Of a stretch of DNA of 64,000 bases, positions 22,131 through 31,885 are shown in pieces; positions within the stretch are counted from its first letter, which is position 1; the number at the start of each line of letters is the position of its first letter. The notes beneath the pieces were generated by a model. The model was not told the DNA's origin, searched no databases, and worked only from the letters and a program-made list of their open reading frames with translations. A program made the translations under genes and the position numbers. This stretch comes from Opitutales bacterium (GTDB lineage: Bacteria; Verrucomicrobiota; Verrucomicrobiia; Opitutales; UBA953), in contig JBBAUX010000009.1 of assembly GCA_040398005.1 (NCBI GenBank), forward strand, positions 13,415 through 77,414, written 5' to 3'.

Positions 22131-22952
22131 ATGTCACGTAACGCTCAAAACGATCACCTCACGCGACTGGAGCAAACCTCCATTCACATCTTCCGTGAAG
22201 CCTTCGCCAATTTCCGCTCGGTGTGTATGCCTTGGTCCATGGGCAAAGACTCCAACGTGCTCATCTGGTTAGCCCGTAAAGCTTTCTGCGGAAAAATCCC
22301 TTTCCCGCTTTTACACATCGATACCACTTACGAGTTCCCCGAAATGTATGAATTTCGCGAAAAAGCGAAAGAGATTCACGGGATTGATTTAATTGTCCGG
22401 ATTAACGAAGACGCGATTCGTCGCGGGATTGGTTACGCCACGCATGATCCGGTTACGGTCACTCACGAACTGAAGACCGTTCCGCTCAAAGCGGCGATTG
22501 ACGAATTTAAATGGGATGCCCTCGTGACCGGTATTCGTCGTGACGAAGATCCTACCCGAGCAAAAGAACGCTGGTTCTCCCCTCGTTCCGCCGAAGGCGT
22601 TTGGGATTATAAAGACCAACCGCCCGAGTTCTGGGGACAATTTGCGTCGACCGCTCCCGAAGGCGGACACGTCCGCGTGCAGCCTCTCCTCGAGTGGACT
22701 GAACTCGATATCTGGGAATACATTCGTCGCGAAAACATTCCAAATCCGACCCTTTACTTCGCACGTAATGGAAAACGTTTCCGTTCACTCGGTTGCCACC
22801 CCATCACGCACCCCGTCGATAGTCCTGCCAGTAATATCGATGAAGTGATTGAGGAATTAAAACTCACTCGCGTCAGCGAACGTGCGGGCCGTGCCCAAGA
22901 CCACGTCGGTCGTAACTCAATGCAAGCCCTTCGTGCCAAGGGTTTCATGTAA
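22131..22952 (+). CDS. cysD: Sulfate adenylyltransferase subunit 2
   Basis: WSMGKDS, HIDT, GIRRDE, QPPEFW, RFRSLGC. Confidence 0.95.
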   Translation: MSRNAQNDHLTRLEQTSIHIFREAFANFRSVCMPWSMGKDSNVLIWLARKAFCGKIPFPLLHIDTTYEFPEMYEFREKAKEIHGIDLIVRINEDAIRRGIGYATHDPVTVTHELKTVPLKAAIDEFKWDALVTGIRRDEDPTRAKERWFSPRSAEGVWDYKDQPPEFWGQFASTAPEGGHVRVQPLLEWTELDIWEYIRRENIPNPTLYFARNGKRFRSLGCHPITHPVDSPASNIDEVIEELKLTRVSERAGRAQDHVGRNSMQALRAKGFM

Positions 22953-22971
22953 TTCCTGATTCTTTTTTAAA

Positions 22972-24864
22972 ATGTCTCAAACTTCTCATCTTTCTTTAGT
23001 CCAAAAATCAGCTCAACCTGACATCGAAGACATGCGCAAAATGCACGTCGTCGTCGTCGGCCACGTTGACCATGGTAAATCTACTTTCGTCGGACGTTTA
23101 TTACACGACACCGATTCTCTTCCTAACGGAAAACTTGAACAGGTTCGGAAGAACTGTGCCGCCGAAGGTATGGAATTCGAATACGCCTTCTTGCTCGACG
23201 CTCTCATCGAAGAACAAGAGCAGAACATTACCATCGATACGACCCGTATCTTTTTCCGCACGACTCAACGTGCCTACGCGATCATCGATGCTCCTGGTCA
23301 TAAAGAATTTCTAAAGAACATGGTAACGGGTGCAGCGAGTGCTTCCGCTGCGTTATTACTCATCGATGCGAATGAAGGCGTCATGGACCAATCACGTCGC
23401 CACGCTTTCTTACTTTCACTGCTAGGCGTCAAACAACTCGTCGTGCTCGTGAATAAAATGGATTTAATTAAGTATGACCATTCGACCTATGAGAAAATCA
23501 AAGTCGAGTATACTGCGTTCTTAAAATCACTCGGCTTAACCGCTGTGCATTTTATTCCGATTGCTGCTAAACATGGCGAAAACGTAGTCCAGCGCTCCGA
23601 CAAGATGTCGTGGTGGAAAGGTCCAACGGTTGCCGAAGCTCTCGATAACTTTAACCACGAGGATGACCTCACTGGCCTGCCCTTGCGTATGCCTGTATCC
23701 GATATTTATCGTTTCGACCATCGTCGTATTATTGCCGGTCGAGTTGAAGCGGGTGCTATTCGCCCGGGTGATGAACTTATCTTCCAACCCGGTGGCCGTC
23801 GCAGCACGGTCCGAACTTTCGAAGATTGGCCAGGTCACTCGCGCGATGTCGTCGGCACTGGTGGTTCCGCTAATTTCAGTCTCAGTGAACAAATCTTCGT
23901 CGAGCGTGGCCAAGTCGCCGCTCACCCGAATCAACAACCACGCGTCGGTCGTGAATTCCGTGCCCGTATTTTCTGGCTCGGCAAAGAACCCCTCCAACAA
24001 AATAAAACCTATCGCTTACGCCTGCTGACTCAAAACGTCGAAGCAGTCATTGCGAAGATTGAAAAAATTACCGACGCCTCCTCGCTCGAGTCGATTGAAG
24101 CTTCTACCGTTCCTCGCGATACGATTTGCGAAGTCATCGTCCGGTCCACCCGTCCGATTGCTTTCGATTTACACAGCGAATGCGCAATCACTGGTCGATT
24201 CGCGCTTGAAGATAAAGGACGGATCAATGGCGGCGGAATTATTTTAGATTCGATTACCGAAAAAACAACAGGCGAAGGAAAAGTGACGGCCGCGGAACGT
24301 ACTGCACGTGCAGGACATTCCCCTGCGGTGATTTGGTTCACCGGTCTTTCGGGCTCCGGAAAATCCACCATTGCTGAATTAGTGGAACGTCGACTTTTCG
24401 ACGCCGGCAAAAAAGTTTTCCGAGTCGATGGCGATGATTTACGAACCGCGCTTAATCGCGACCTTGGCTTCTCCGCGACCGACCGTGCGGAGAGTGTCCG
24501 TCGTGCCTCTGCCGTAGCTGGACTCTTTGCGAACGCTGGACACATCGCCCTAGTCACTCTCATCGCCCCTCTGGCGGCCGATCGCGCCAAAGCCCGTGCT
24601 GCCCTAGCGAATCACGCCTTCATCGAAGTCTTTGTGGATGCACCACTCGAAGTCTGTGAATCCCGCGATGTCAAAGGACTCTACGCCAAGGCTCGGCGCG
24701 GTGAAATTCCAGAATTCACAGGCATTTCTTCACCCTACGAAGCCCCTGAGGCCCCTGAGGTACACATCCGCACCGATAAACTTTCGACCACGCAAGCCGT
24801 CGAATTAGTCATTAATGCCCTCGATAAAATTCTCGAATCTAAAGCCGAAGACTGGGAAGTGTAG
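22972..24864 (+). CDS. cysNC: Bifunctional sulfate adenylyltransferase subunit 1 / APS kinase
   Basis: [20 protein letters not shown]-terminal [28 protein letters not shown]. Confidence 0.95.
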   Translation: MSQTSHLSLVQKSAQPDIEDMRKMHVVVVGHVDHGKSTFVGRLLHDTDSLPNGKLEQVRKNCAAEGMEFEYAFLLDALIEEQEQNITIDTTRIFFRTTQRAYAIIDAPGHKEFLKNMVTGAASASAALLLIDANEGVMDQSRRHAFLLSLLGVKQLVVLVNKMDLIKYDHSTYEKIKVEYTAFLKSLGLTAVHFIPIAAKHGENVVQRSDKMSWWKGPTVAEALDNFNHEDDLTGLPLRMPVSDIYRFDHRRIIAGRVEAGAIRPGDELIFQPGGRRSTVRTFEDWPGHSRDVVGTGGSANFSLSEQIFVERGQVAAHPNQQPRVGREFRARIFWLGKEPLQQNKTYRLRLLTQNVEAVIAKIEKITDASSLESIEASTVPRDTICEVIVRSTRPIAFDLHSECAITGRFALEDKGRINGGGIILDSITEKTTGEGKVTAAERTARAGHSPAVIWFTGLSGSGKSTIAELVERRLFDAGKKVFRVDGDDLRTALNRDLGFSATDRAESVRRASAVAGLFANAGHIALVTLIAPLAADRAKARAALANHAFIEVFVDAPLEVCESRDVKGLYAKARRGEIPEFTGISSPYEAPEAPEVHIRTDKLSTTQAVELVINALDKILESKAEDWEV

Positions 24865-24919
24865 TCTGTACCCTGAGCGGGCGTTGACTCAGCACCTTTT
24901 AAGCTTATGTTAATAGAAC

Positions 24920-25525
24920 ATGAAGTTGCTGCATATCGATGCATCTCCGCGCACGGTGCGCTCAGTGACTCGGAAGTTGAGTGCCGCTTTCGTGAGTGCC
25001 TTACGACTTAATCATCCTGAGCTTCAAGTAATTCATCGCGATGTGGGGCATAACCCTCCGCCATTTATTTCCGACGCCTGGATTGGTGCCGCCTTTGCCA
25101 AAGGTGATCTCAATGACCCATCCATGAAAGGCGCCCTCCACCACTCGGACGAATTAGCGACGGAGTTATTAGCATGTGATGCCCTACTCATCGCCTCTCC
25201 GATGCATAATTTCAACGTCTCGGCCTCGCTCAAGGCGTGGATTGATCAGGTCGTCCGCACGGATATGACTTTTAAAATTACCGAAGAAGGACCCATTCCT
25301 TTAGTCAGAGGTAAAATGGCACTAGTCATCACCTCACGGGGTGGATTTGTCGCAGGTACCACTTATGATTTTCAAGAGCCCTACTTAAAGACGATTTTAG
25401 GTTTCATGGGAATCACCGATGTTACTTTCGTTCACGCTGAAGGCGTCAACAGCAGTGATCAAGATCGCGATGACGCCATCACCGCAGCTTCCTTAAAGTT
25501 GATCGCACTGGCCGAAACTTGGTAA
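24920..25525 (+). CDS. azoR: FMN-dependent NADH-azoreductase
   Basis: LLHIDASPR..SVTR, PMHNF..LKAWID, TSRGG, LGFMGITDV. Upstream TTGACT-N16-TATGTT. Confidence 0.92.
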   Translation: MKLLHIDASPRTVRSVTRKLSAAFVSALRLNHPELQVIHRDVGHNPPPFISDAWIGAAFAKGDLNDPSMKGALHHSDELATELLACDALLIASPMHNFNVSASLKAWIDQVVRTDMTFKITEEGPIPLVRGKMALVITSRGGFVAGTTYDFQEPYLKTILGFMGITDVTFVHAEGVNSSDQDRDDAITAASLKLIALAETW

Positions 25526-25530
25526 TCAAC

Positions 25531-26835
25531 TCATTCGTGAAAACGAATACGTCGCTTCGGCACGCCATTCGTTTTCGGTAAAACTTTTTCCTGCGTTTGA
25601 GAATTCTCCGACAACTGCTCGGATTTACTTTTCCACTTACGTTCAAAGCCCGTACTCGCCGGTCGAACCATTTCCTTACCAAGTTTAGCATTAATCGTAT
25701 CGACTGCTTTCATCAGACGATTACGCGATGATGGTACCGCCGTGCCCAACCCGGGAAGTGTTTCCTGAACAACATCCTTCGACGATAACTCCGTTAAGAT
25801 TACGCCTGCTTTTTTGTAAAAATAGCCTTCTTTAAAAACACGTTTTAACGCACGCTGGGCCATCGCACCAATCACCCCTAAATCATCAGTCAGAAAATCA
25901 ATCTCCTCCGTTTCACTGGTGCCGTATTGTTCGGCCTCTTTCTGAAAACGATTAGTACCAAAAAAGACGGTGACGGTAGAAGTGGCTAAATTTTCCTGAC
26001 GTAGTTTCTCCGCCGCACGGACCGCATGCGTAGCGATGGCTTCGGATAAATCAATGAAGTCACTCACCGGACGGCCAAACGAACGCGAGACCATGATACT
26101 CTTACGCGCCTCAGCGTTTTCGATAATCTCGTGACAAGGAATACCCCGTAACTCCAAGGCGATACGCTCTCCAACTACTCCAACTAGTCGTCGAATAAAA
26201 GCTGGATCCGCCTCTGCTAAGTCTTGCGCCGAGAGAATGCCATGGCCACGTAGTCGTGTGGCCAGACCCTTACCGACGCCCCAAATATCGCGCGTCTTTA
26301 CACCCTTTAAAAACTCTTCGCGACCCGCGGGTGAATAAGGAACCACAATGACTCCGCCGGATTCCGCATCGCCCTTCGCTCTTTCATTAGCGAGTTTGCA
26401 CAGAACTTTCGTCGCACCCATTCCGATGGAAACAGAAATACCAGTGTTGGATAATACATCATTACGAATTCTATGACCTAAGGCACGCGCGTCAGCTTCG
26501 GGCATATCAGGAAAACCTAAAAAGGCTTCATCAATCGAATAAGATTCAAAGTCGCGCGCCTGTTTTGCTAAAACCTCCATCACGCGTTCAGAAAAATCTC
26601 CGTACACCGAAAAGTTAGAAGAAAAAACTTTTACCGAATGGGCCTCGCAAACTCTCCGCACTTGAAAAAAAGGTGCGCCCATCGGAATGCCCAAGAGCTT
26701 GGCTTCACTCGATCGGGCGATGACACAGCCATCGTTGTTGGAAAGAACGACAATCGGCACTCCGATGAGCGCCGGATTTAATACCCGCTCACAGGAGGCG
26801 AAAAAATTATTACAATCGGCAAGGGCTCGTAACAT
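25531..26835 (-). CDS. umuC: Y-family DNA polymerase, UmuC type
   Basis: ALADCNNFFASCE, VVLSNNDGCVIARS, SSNF..YGD.S, YSIDEAF, SRSFG, YKKAGV. Confidence 0.93.
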   Translation of the reverse strand: MLRALADCNNFFASCERVLNPALIGVPIVVLSNNDGCVIARSSEAKLLGIPMGAPFFQVRRVCEAHSVKVFSSNFSVYGDFSERVMEVLAKQARDFESYSIDEAFLGFPDMPEADARALGHRIRNDVLSNTGISVSIGMGATKVLCKLANERAKGDAESGGVIVVPYSPAGREEFLKGVKTRDIWGVGKGLATRLRGHGILSAQDLAEADPAFIRRLVGVVGERIALELRGIPCHEIIENAEARKSIMVSRSFGRPVSDFIDLSEAIATHAVRAAEKLRQENLATSTVTVFFGTNRFQKEAEQYGTSETEEIDFLTDDLGVIGAMAQRALKRVFKEGYFYKKAGVILTELSSKDVVQETLPGLGTAVPSSRNRLMKAVDTINAKLGKEMVRPASTGFERKWKSKSEQLSENSQTQEKVLPKTNGVPKRRIRFHE

Positions 26836-26851
26836 ATGAACATTTGTTCAT
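26836..26851. promoter_or_regulatory. Palindromic operator, candidate LexA/SOS box (GAAC-N4-GTTC)
   Basis: ATGAACA-TT-TGTTCAT immediately upstream of the umuC ATG. Confidence 0.65.
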
Positions 26852-26895
26852 CTATCCGTTTACCCATCTTTTCAAGGGTAAAAGTGACCAGGCAC

Positions 26896-26926
26896 AAAAA
26901 AGGCGGGTCCTTGTGACCCGCCCTTT
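26896..26926 (-). terminator. Intrinsic terminator after cysK
   Basis: GGCGGGTC-CTTGT-GACCCGCC stem-loop with an A6 tract (U-tract on the minus strand). Confidence 0.85.
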
Positions 26927-26945
26927 CGGGTCATCTAACCTCAGA

Positions 26946-27923
26946 TTACGATGCAGTTAAGGCGGTGACCTCAGCGCGAATCTTCTCGGCCAGAGCGGTC
27001 GAGAGGTAACGCTCACTAGGGCTACAAGCGATCGTGACGATGCGCTTACCAGCGTACTCCGGACGTTTAGCTAATTGGAGACAGGCCCAAATATTGGCAC
27101 CTGAGGAAATACCGACGGCGAGACCTTCGCGTGCGGAAACATCGAGCGCAGTCGCAAAGGCATCTTCGTTCGAAACTTGGATGACTTCGTCGATTAAAGA
27201 TAAGTCGCAATTCTTAGGAACGAAACCGGCACCGATACCTTGGATCTTGTGGGGAGCAGGTTGCACCGGCTGTGAGTTGCGAGTCTGGGTAATGACAGGA
27301 CTTGCGGAAGGCTCTACCGCGATAGCGAGGAGTTTAGCGTTACGACCTTTGATGACCGATGCCACACCCGTGAGAGTTCCACCAGTGCCCACACCCGAAA
27401 CAAAGGCGTCCACTTTACCTTCGGTATCCGCCCAAATTTCTTCGGCCGTAGTGCGACGATGCACCTCAGGATTTGCAGGATTATCAAACTGCATAGGCAT
27501 GTAAGCAGTGTCGCCAATTTCTTGACGAATCGCTGTCGCACGCTCAATCGCACCACGCATGCCCTTGGCACCGGGGGTTAAAACGATTTCCGCACCGAGC
27601 ATGCGTAATAAAACACGGCGCTCAACCGACATCGTTTCGGGCATCGTTAAAATACATTTATAACCACGAGCGGCAGCCACAAACGCCAACGCAATACCCG
27701 TGTTGCCAGAAGTAGGCTCAACAATCGTACCCCCTGGCTTCAAACGACCATCACGCTCACCGGCTTCGACCATCGCGCGACCAATACGATCTTTGACGCT
27801 CGAGAGCGGATTAAAGTACTCGAGCTTAACCAAGATTTCAGTGTTCAAACCTTCAGTCACTTTATTCAAACGAACCAGAGGCGTGCGACCGATAGTTTCT
27901 AAAACGTTTTTATAGATAGGCAT
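26946..27923 (-). CDS. cysK: Cysteine synthase A
   Basis: KLEYFNPLSSVKDRIG, EPTSGNTG, GVGTGGT, PHKIQGIG, ERYLST. Confidence 0.97.
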   Translation of the reverse strand: MPIYKNVLETIGRTPLVRLNKVTEGLNTEILVKLEYFNPLSSVKDRIGRAMVEAGERDGRLKPGGTIVEPTSGNTGIALAFVAAARGYKCILTMPETMSVERRVLLRMLGAEIVLTPGAKGMRGAIERATAIRQEIGDTAYMPMQFDNPANPEVHRRTTAEEIWADTEGKVDAFVSGVGTGGTLTGVASVIKGRNAKLLAIAVEPSASPVITQTRNSQPVQPAPHKIQGIGAGFVPKNCDLSLIDEVIQVSNEDAFATALDVSAREGLAVGISSGANIWACLQLAKRPEYAGKRIVTIACSPSERYLSTALAEKIRAEVTALTAS

Positions 27924-27949
27924 AACGAATGTTTAGTTAATGACTAATA

Positions 27950-27987
27950 TATATAGGAAAACACCTATTTATGGGCAACCATAAATA
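27950..27987 (-). promoter_or_regulatory. cysK promoter overlapped by a perfect 9-bp inverted repeat
   Basis: Minus strand TTGCCC-N17-TATATA; TATTTATGG-GCAA-CCATAAATA at 27966-27987. Confidence 0.5.
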
Positions 27988-28012
27988 AACAAAATCTAAG
28001 CCAGAAAAACCC

Positions 28013-28273
28013 TTAGTAACGGCGTTTGGGGGCAGCGGGCGGACGAGGTGCAGTATCGCGCAAACGGAAAATAATGCGGGCTTGGGTTAAGTCGGAGGGG
28101 CTCATTTCGACTTTCACGCGATCGCCGGGATTAATTCTGATAAAGTTTTTACGGAGGCGGCCCGAAATTCTTCCCAGCACCACGTGCTTATTGGGAAGTT
28201 CAATACGGAACATTGTTCCAGGTAGGACCTGTAGGATTTTGCCTTCGAGTTCGATAACGGGTTCTTCTGCCAT
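28013..28273 (-). CDS. infA: Translation initiation factor IF-1
   Basis: [44 protein letters not shown]. Confidence 0.95.
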   Translation of the reverse strand: MAEEPVIELEGKILQVLPGTMFRIELPNKHVVLGRISGRLRKNFIRINPGDRVKVEMSPSDLTQARIIFRLRDTAPRPPAAPKRRY

Positions 28274-28378
28274 GCCTTGTAGGCTCTATCCATGCAGGGA
28301 AAGGGTCAAAGTCAACACCTCGTATAAAAGAAAGTCATCCCCGCTTGCCAGCAGCCGTCGAGTTTAGATTGTTGCAGT

Positions 28379-28924
28379 ATGGAAAGTGAAAACAGCTCAA
28401 TTAGACCGCCTTTAAGCTGTCCGTTCGATAAGCTTCATCCATCGCAATTAGAGCGTGATGATAAATTTTTTATGTCACTCGCATTCAATTTAGCCGTGGA
28501 TGCTTGGCGAATTGATGAAGTCCCCATCGGTGCCATTATTGAACGCGGCGGAGAAATTATTGCGGCCGCACATAATGAAGTTGAACGGGCCAACGATCCG
28601 ACAGCCCACGCAGAAATTTTAGCCATCACCCAGGCCGCCAAAAAAATCGGCGACTGGCGCCTCAACGACTGCACCCTCTACGTCACCAAAGAACCCTGCC
28701 CGATGTGTTCAGGCGCCACCATCATGAGTCGACTCGGGCGCGTGGTCTTCGCCTGGGGCGACCCCAAAATGGGTTGTTTAGGTGGAGCAACCCCCCTCCA
28801 TGCGTTGCCCAAACTCAATCACCGCGTAAATGTTACCAGCGGTATCCTCGAAGAACCTTGCCGTGAAATCCTGCAGGCCTATTTTAATTTAAAGCGCGGC
28901 AAAGATTTACCCCCTTCGGCTTGA
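28379..28924 (+). CDS. tadA: tRNA adenosine(34) deaminase
   Basis: [32 protein letters not shown]. Confidence 0.92.
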   Translation: MESENSSIRPPLSCPFDKLHPSQLERDDKFFMSLAFNLAVDAWRIDEVPIGAIIERGGEIIAAAHNEVERANDPTAHAEILAITQAAKKIGDWRLNDCTLYVTKEPCPMCSGATIMSRLGRVVFAWGDPKMGCLGGATPLHALPKLNHRVNVTSGILEEPCREILQAYFNLKRGKDLPPSA

Positions 28925-28952
28925 CCCTCGTCAAAATCACCACTGGTTCAAA

Positions 28953-29684
28953 ATGTTTCGTCGCCACTTCATCCTTAAATCCTCCGCCCTCGCCCTCAGC
29001 CTAAGCACTTTAAAAATTTTCGCCTCCACTTCCCAAACCTCCATGAGCTACACCCTCCCCGCCCTCGCCTATCCCACCAACGCACTCGAGCCACACATCG
29101 ATGTTGCCACGATGGAAATCCACCACGGCAAACACCACAATGCCTACGTGACTAACTTGAACGCCGCGCTCGCGAAGGAACCTAGCTTCGCCGCTGGCGC
29201 CGATGTGCATGCCCTCATCGCAGATCTTTCTAAAGTTCCTGAGTCCATTCGCACCGCCGTTCGCAATAATGCCGGTGGCCACGCTAACCATACATTCTTC
29301 TGGAATTTACTTTCCCCAAATGGTGGCGGCGAACCCGTCGGTGCTCTCGCTGAGGCGATCCATAAAACCTTTGGTGGTCTCGAAGGCGAAAAAGGCCTCA
29401 AGGCTCATTTCAAAGCCGCTGCGACCGGACGCTTCGGCTCAGGCTGGGCTTGGCTCGTTGTCAAAGCCGATAAATCTCTCGCCGTCACTTCAACCCCTAA
29501 CCAAGACAGCCCACTGATGAAAGGTGTTGCTGACGTTAACGGCCACCCCGTTCTCGCGCTCGACGTTTGGGAACACGCTTACTATTTAAAATATCAAAAC
29601 CGTCGTCCTGATTACATCGATGCTTTCTGGAAAGTCATCGACTGGAAAAAGGCCAACGAACTCTACGTTCAAGCCATCGGTTAA
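28953..29684 (+). CDS. sodA: Fe/Mn superoxide dismutase (Mn-type signature) with Tat-like N-terminal leader
   Basis: [34 protein letters not shown]; second in-frame ATG at 29043. Confidence 0.93.
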   Translation: MFRRHFILKSSALALSLSTLKIFASTSQTSMSYTLPALAYPTNALEPHIDVATMEIHHGKHHNAYVTNLNAALAKEPSFAAGADVHALIADLSKVPESIRTAVRNNAGGHANHTFFWNLLSPNGGGEPVGALAEAIHKTFGGLEGEKGLKAHFKAAATGRFGSGWAWLVVKADKSLAVTSTPNQDSPLMKGVADVNGHPVLALDVWEHAYYLKYQNRRPDYIDAFWKVIDWKKANELYVQAIG

Positions 29685-29702
29685 TTTTAAATATTAACTC
29701 CT

Positions 29703-29735
29703 AAAAAAAGGCGACTCACTGGAGTCGCCTTTTTT
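29703..29735. terminator. Bidirectional intrinsic terminator
   Basis: A7-GGCGACTC-ACTG-GAGTCGCC-T6 between convergent genes. Confidence 0.9.
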
Positions 29736-29743
29736 GTGCCCGC

Positions 29744-30946
29744 TTAACGGCCGCGTCGAATTTCCGAACCCGCAAAGCGAATCGAAACCCGCCAGACTTT
29801 CTTAACACGGGTTTGAATCTGCCCGGTCTTCACATCAAAGGATTCAGGAATCTCGATGCGGTGCAGATCGACTACCGCGTGGAAGCCACGCTCCGAGAAA
29901 ATGTCGATAAACATCGCCAGCGCCAAGGGGTCTTCAAAGAGTGAAGCCTCACTATTAATGTGAGCCTGACCCGAAATCGCGTGCGCGTGAATAATCGGTA
30001 AAAACTTCTGTTGAATTAAATCTACCACTTCGCGGAAAAGGTTTTTGTGACGTTCCGTATAGTCATCCAGCCGTAAGACTAACTCCTGACGAGCGTGTTG
30101 GCTGATTTGATTCGAAAGGGGGATACTCGAAATAATATCGTACGTCTCAACCGAAAGCTCGAGCGAGCTCTGGTACTGCAACTCCTTGATAATCCGCGCT
30201 TGAACTTCAGGGATTGAACCTTGGGCGTTGATAAAATGGTAATGGAAAATATCGCGCAATGACTGTAGCGGCTCATAGGTGCGCTCTTTAAATATGCGGT
30301 AGCGATTGCGGGCCGCTTCGGCCGTTAAATCCGTCTTACGGACTTCGGCTAAAGGTAAACCTTCAGCTTCGGCTTTCTTATTAAAAGCTAAAGTCTGCTC
30401 GCCGCGCATTAACTGACGTCGCACCGACTCATTCTCATCGATGAAAAGAACTAAGATATGGTAATGCGGCTTGGGGAATTTTATGGCGTTCGCGGAAGCT
30501 CTGAATTCGTGACGCAATTCGTTTAATCGAGCAAAGAGATGCTTCAGACATTCGACTTGAACCATCGAACGAGGAAAACCATCCACAATCGCACCGTTGG
30601 TAAATTGCGGCTCGAGTAATTTTCTGAAAAGTAATTCGACGACTTCACGATCGCCCGCCAGCATTCCCGCATCGATACGTTTCCGTGCTTCCGCACTCGA
30701 AAGTAGGTCGCTAATCACAATCGGAGTCGCCGCATAATCACGATACTGCTGAATAAAGTCGGTGTTCGTACCCTTACCTGCACCCGGGGCACCATTGAGC
30801 CAGAAGATTTCACGAGGGAAAAATAGTTTTTCGCGACCCATCTCCCGCTCGAGACTTGTCCATACTGACTCAAAAATAATGTGGGCGTCCTTCACCTCCA
30901 AGTCGGTGACTTTATTGTTCGCGGAAGGTGCAGGTGCTTCACTCAT
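29744..30946 (-). CDS. Adenylate-kinase-like NMP kinase with long C-terminal extra domain
   Basis: P-loop GAPGAGKGT, ISDLL, DGFPR; about 400 aa. Confidence 0.75.
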   Translation of the reverse strand: MSEAPAPSANNKVTDLEVKDAHIIFESVWTSLEREMGREKLFFPREIFWLNGAPGAGKGTNTDFIQQYRDYAATPIVISDLLSSAEARKRIDAGMLAGDREVVELLFRKLLEPQFTNGAIVDGFPRSMVQVECLKHLFARLNELRHEFRASANAIKFPKPHYHILVLFIDENESVRRQLMRGEQTLAFNKKAEAEGLPLAEVRKTDLTAEAARNRYRIFKERTYEPLQSLRDIFHYHFINAQGSIPEVQARIIKELQYQSSLELSVETYDIISSIPLSNQISQHARQELVLRLDDYTERHKNLFREVVDLIQQKFLPIIHAHAISGQAHINSEASLFEDPLALAMFIDIFSERGFHAVVDLHRIEIPESFDVKTGQIQTRVKKVWRVSIRFAGSEIRRGR

Positions 30947-31003
30947 ATTGGGCAAACAAATTTGTTAGGCTTTTAGACTCTCTCTGCCAATCAAAAACCC
31001 TCG

Positions 31004-31885
31004 TTACGGCTTTCCGCTCTTATTTTGAACCTCGTCCGAGCCAGGTCTAACCACCGGCAATCCCGGAGCGTCGGAACGGTTGCGGCGAAATTGGTAACGA
31101 TTGATGTCCTGCATCGATAACTGATCGACCGTCTTGGAAATAACTCGGTCCGATGGACTCGATGGCGTCACATCATAGCGACTGTTCTTCTCATTGGGTA
31201 ATCGAGTATCGATACCTTTCACCGCAGCCAGCCTGCCGGACAGTTCCGCGGTTTGTCGCTCAACGGATTTTACTTCGATGAGATTTTTATTTTTTAACTC
31301 ACCACGATCAAAAGTATCCGCCACTTCAACCTCAGCTTTTTTACGTCCATACACATCATACTTACCATGCCACGAATCGAAGGTAATTATATTCTCACGC
31401 GAGTACGGAGTATTGGAATTTAACTCTGCTTTGTTGGTATCAAATTTCTTGTCCGCAACATTGGACATCTTGGAGACATTTTTGAGCGCCGAGTTAAAAT
31501 CGACCGATGGGTCTACTTGTTTACTTCCGCCATTACCCGAAAGTCCAAAAGGAACTTTTCTTCCGTCGCTCGTCGTCATACCAGTCGAGACCGATGGACT
31601 TTGCGAAACTGGCTTGGGACTCTCTGTATTTACAACCACGGGCCTATTGACCGGTACTGCAGGCCTGGATGAAGGAATCTGCCCAACGATATTAGCCTCA
31701 ATGATTCTTCCATTCTCATCATACTTAATCGATTGAGTGCCCTCTACTCCACCCTCGGAGGTGGCGGTAAATCCTGCTAGACGTGGATTCTCAGGCTTAG
31801 TTTGAGCCCGCAGCTCTAAGCCGAAACCGCACACCGCCATCAATAAGACTGAAAGATATTTCTCCACAGTGAATTCAATCCTCAC
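31004..31885 (-). CDS. Hypothetical exported protein
   Basis: 293-aa ORF abutting the glgP stop; N-terminal hydrophobic signal ending LRA|Q. Confidence 0.65.
   Translation of the reverse strand: MRIEFTVEKYLSVLLMAVCGFGLELRAQTKPENPRLAGFTATSEGGVEGTQSIKYDENGRIIEANIVGQIPSSRPAVPVNRPVVVNTESPKPVSQSPSVSTGMTTSDGRKVPFGLSGNGGSKQVDPSVDFNSALKNVSKMSNVADKKFDTNKAELNSNTPYSRENIITFDSWHGKYDVYGRKKAEVEVADTFDRGELKNKNLIEVKSVERQTAELSGRLAAVKGIDTRLPNEKNSRYDVTPSSPSDRVISKTVDQLSMQDINRYQFRRNRSDAPGLPVVRPGSDEVQNKSGKP

Noticed and set aside
24905..24915. XerD-arm-like TTATGTTAATA (possible dif site)
   Set aside because: There is no XerC-like arm at 6-nt spacing; it is better explained as the azoR -10 region.
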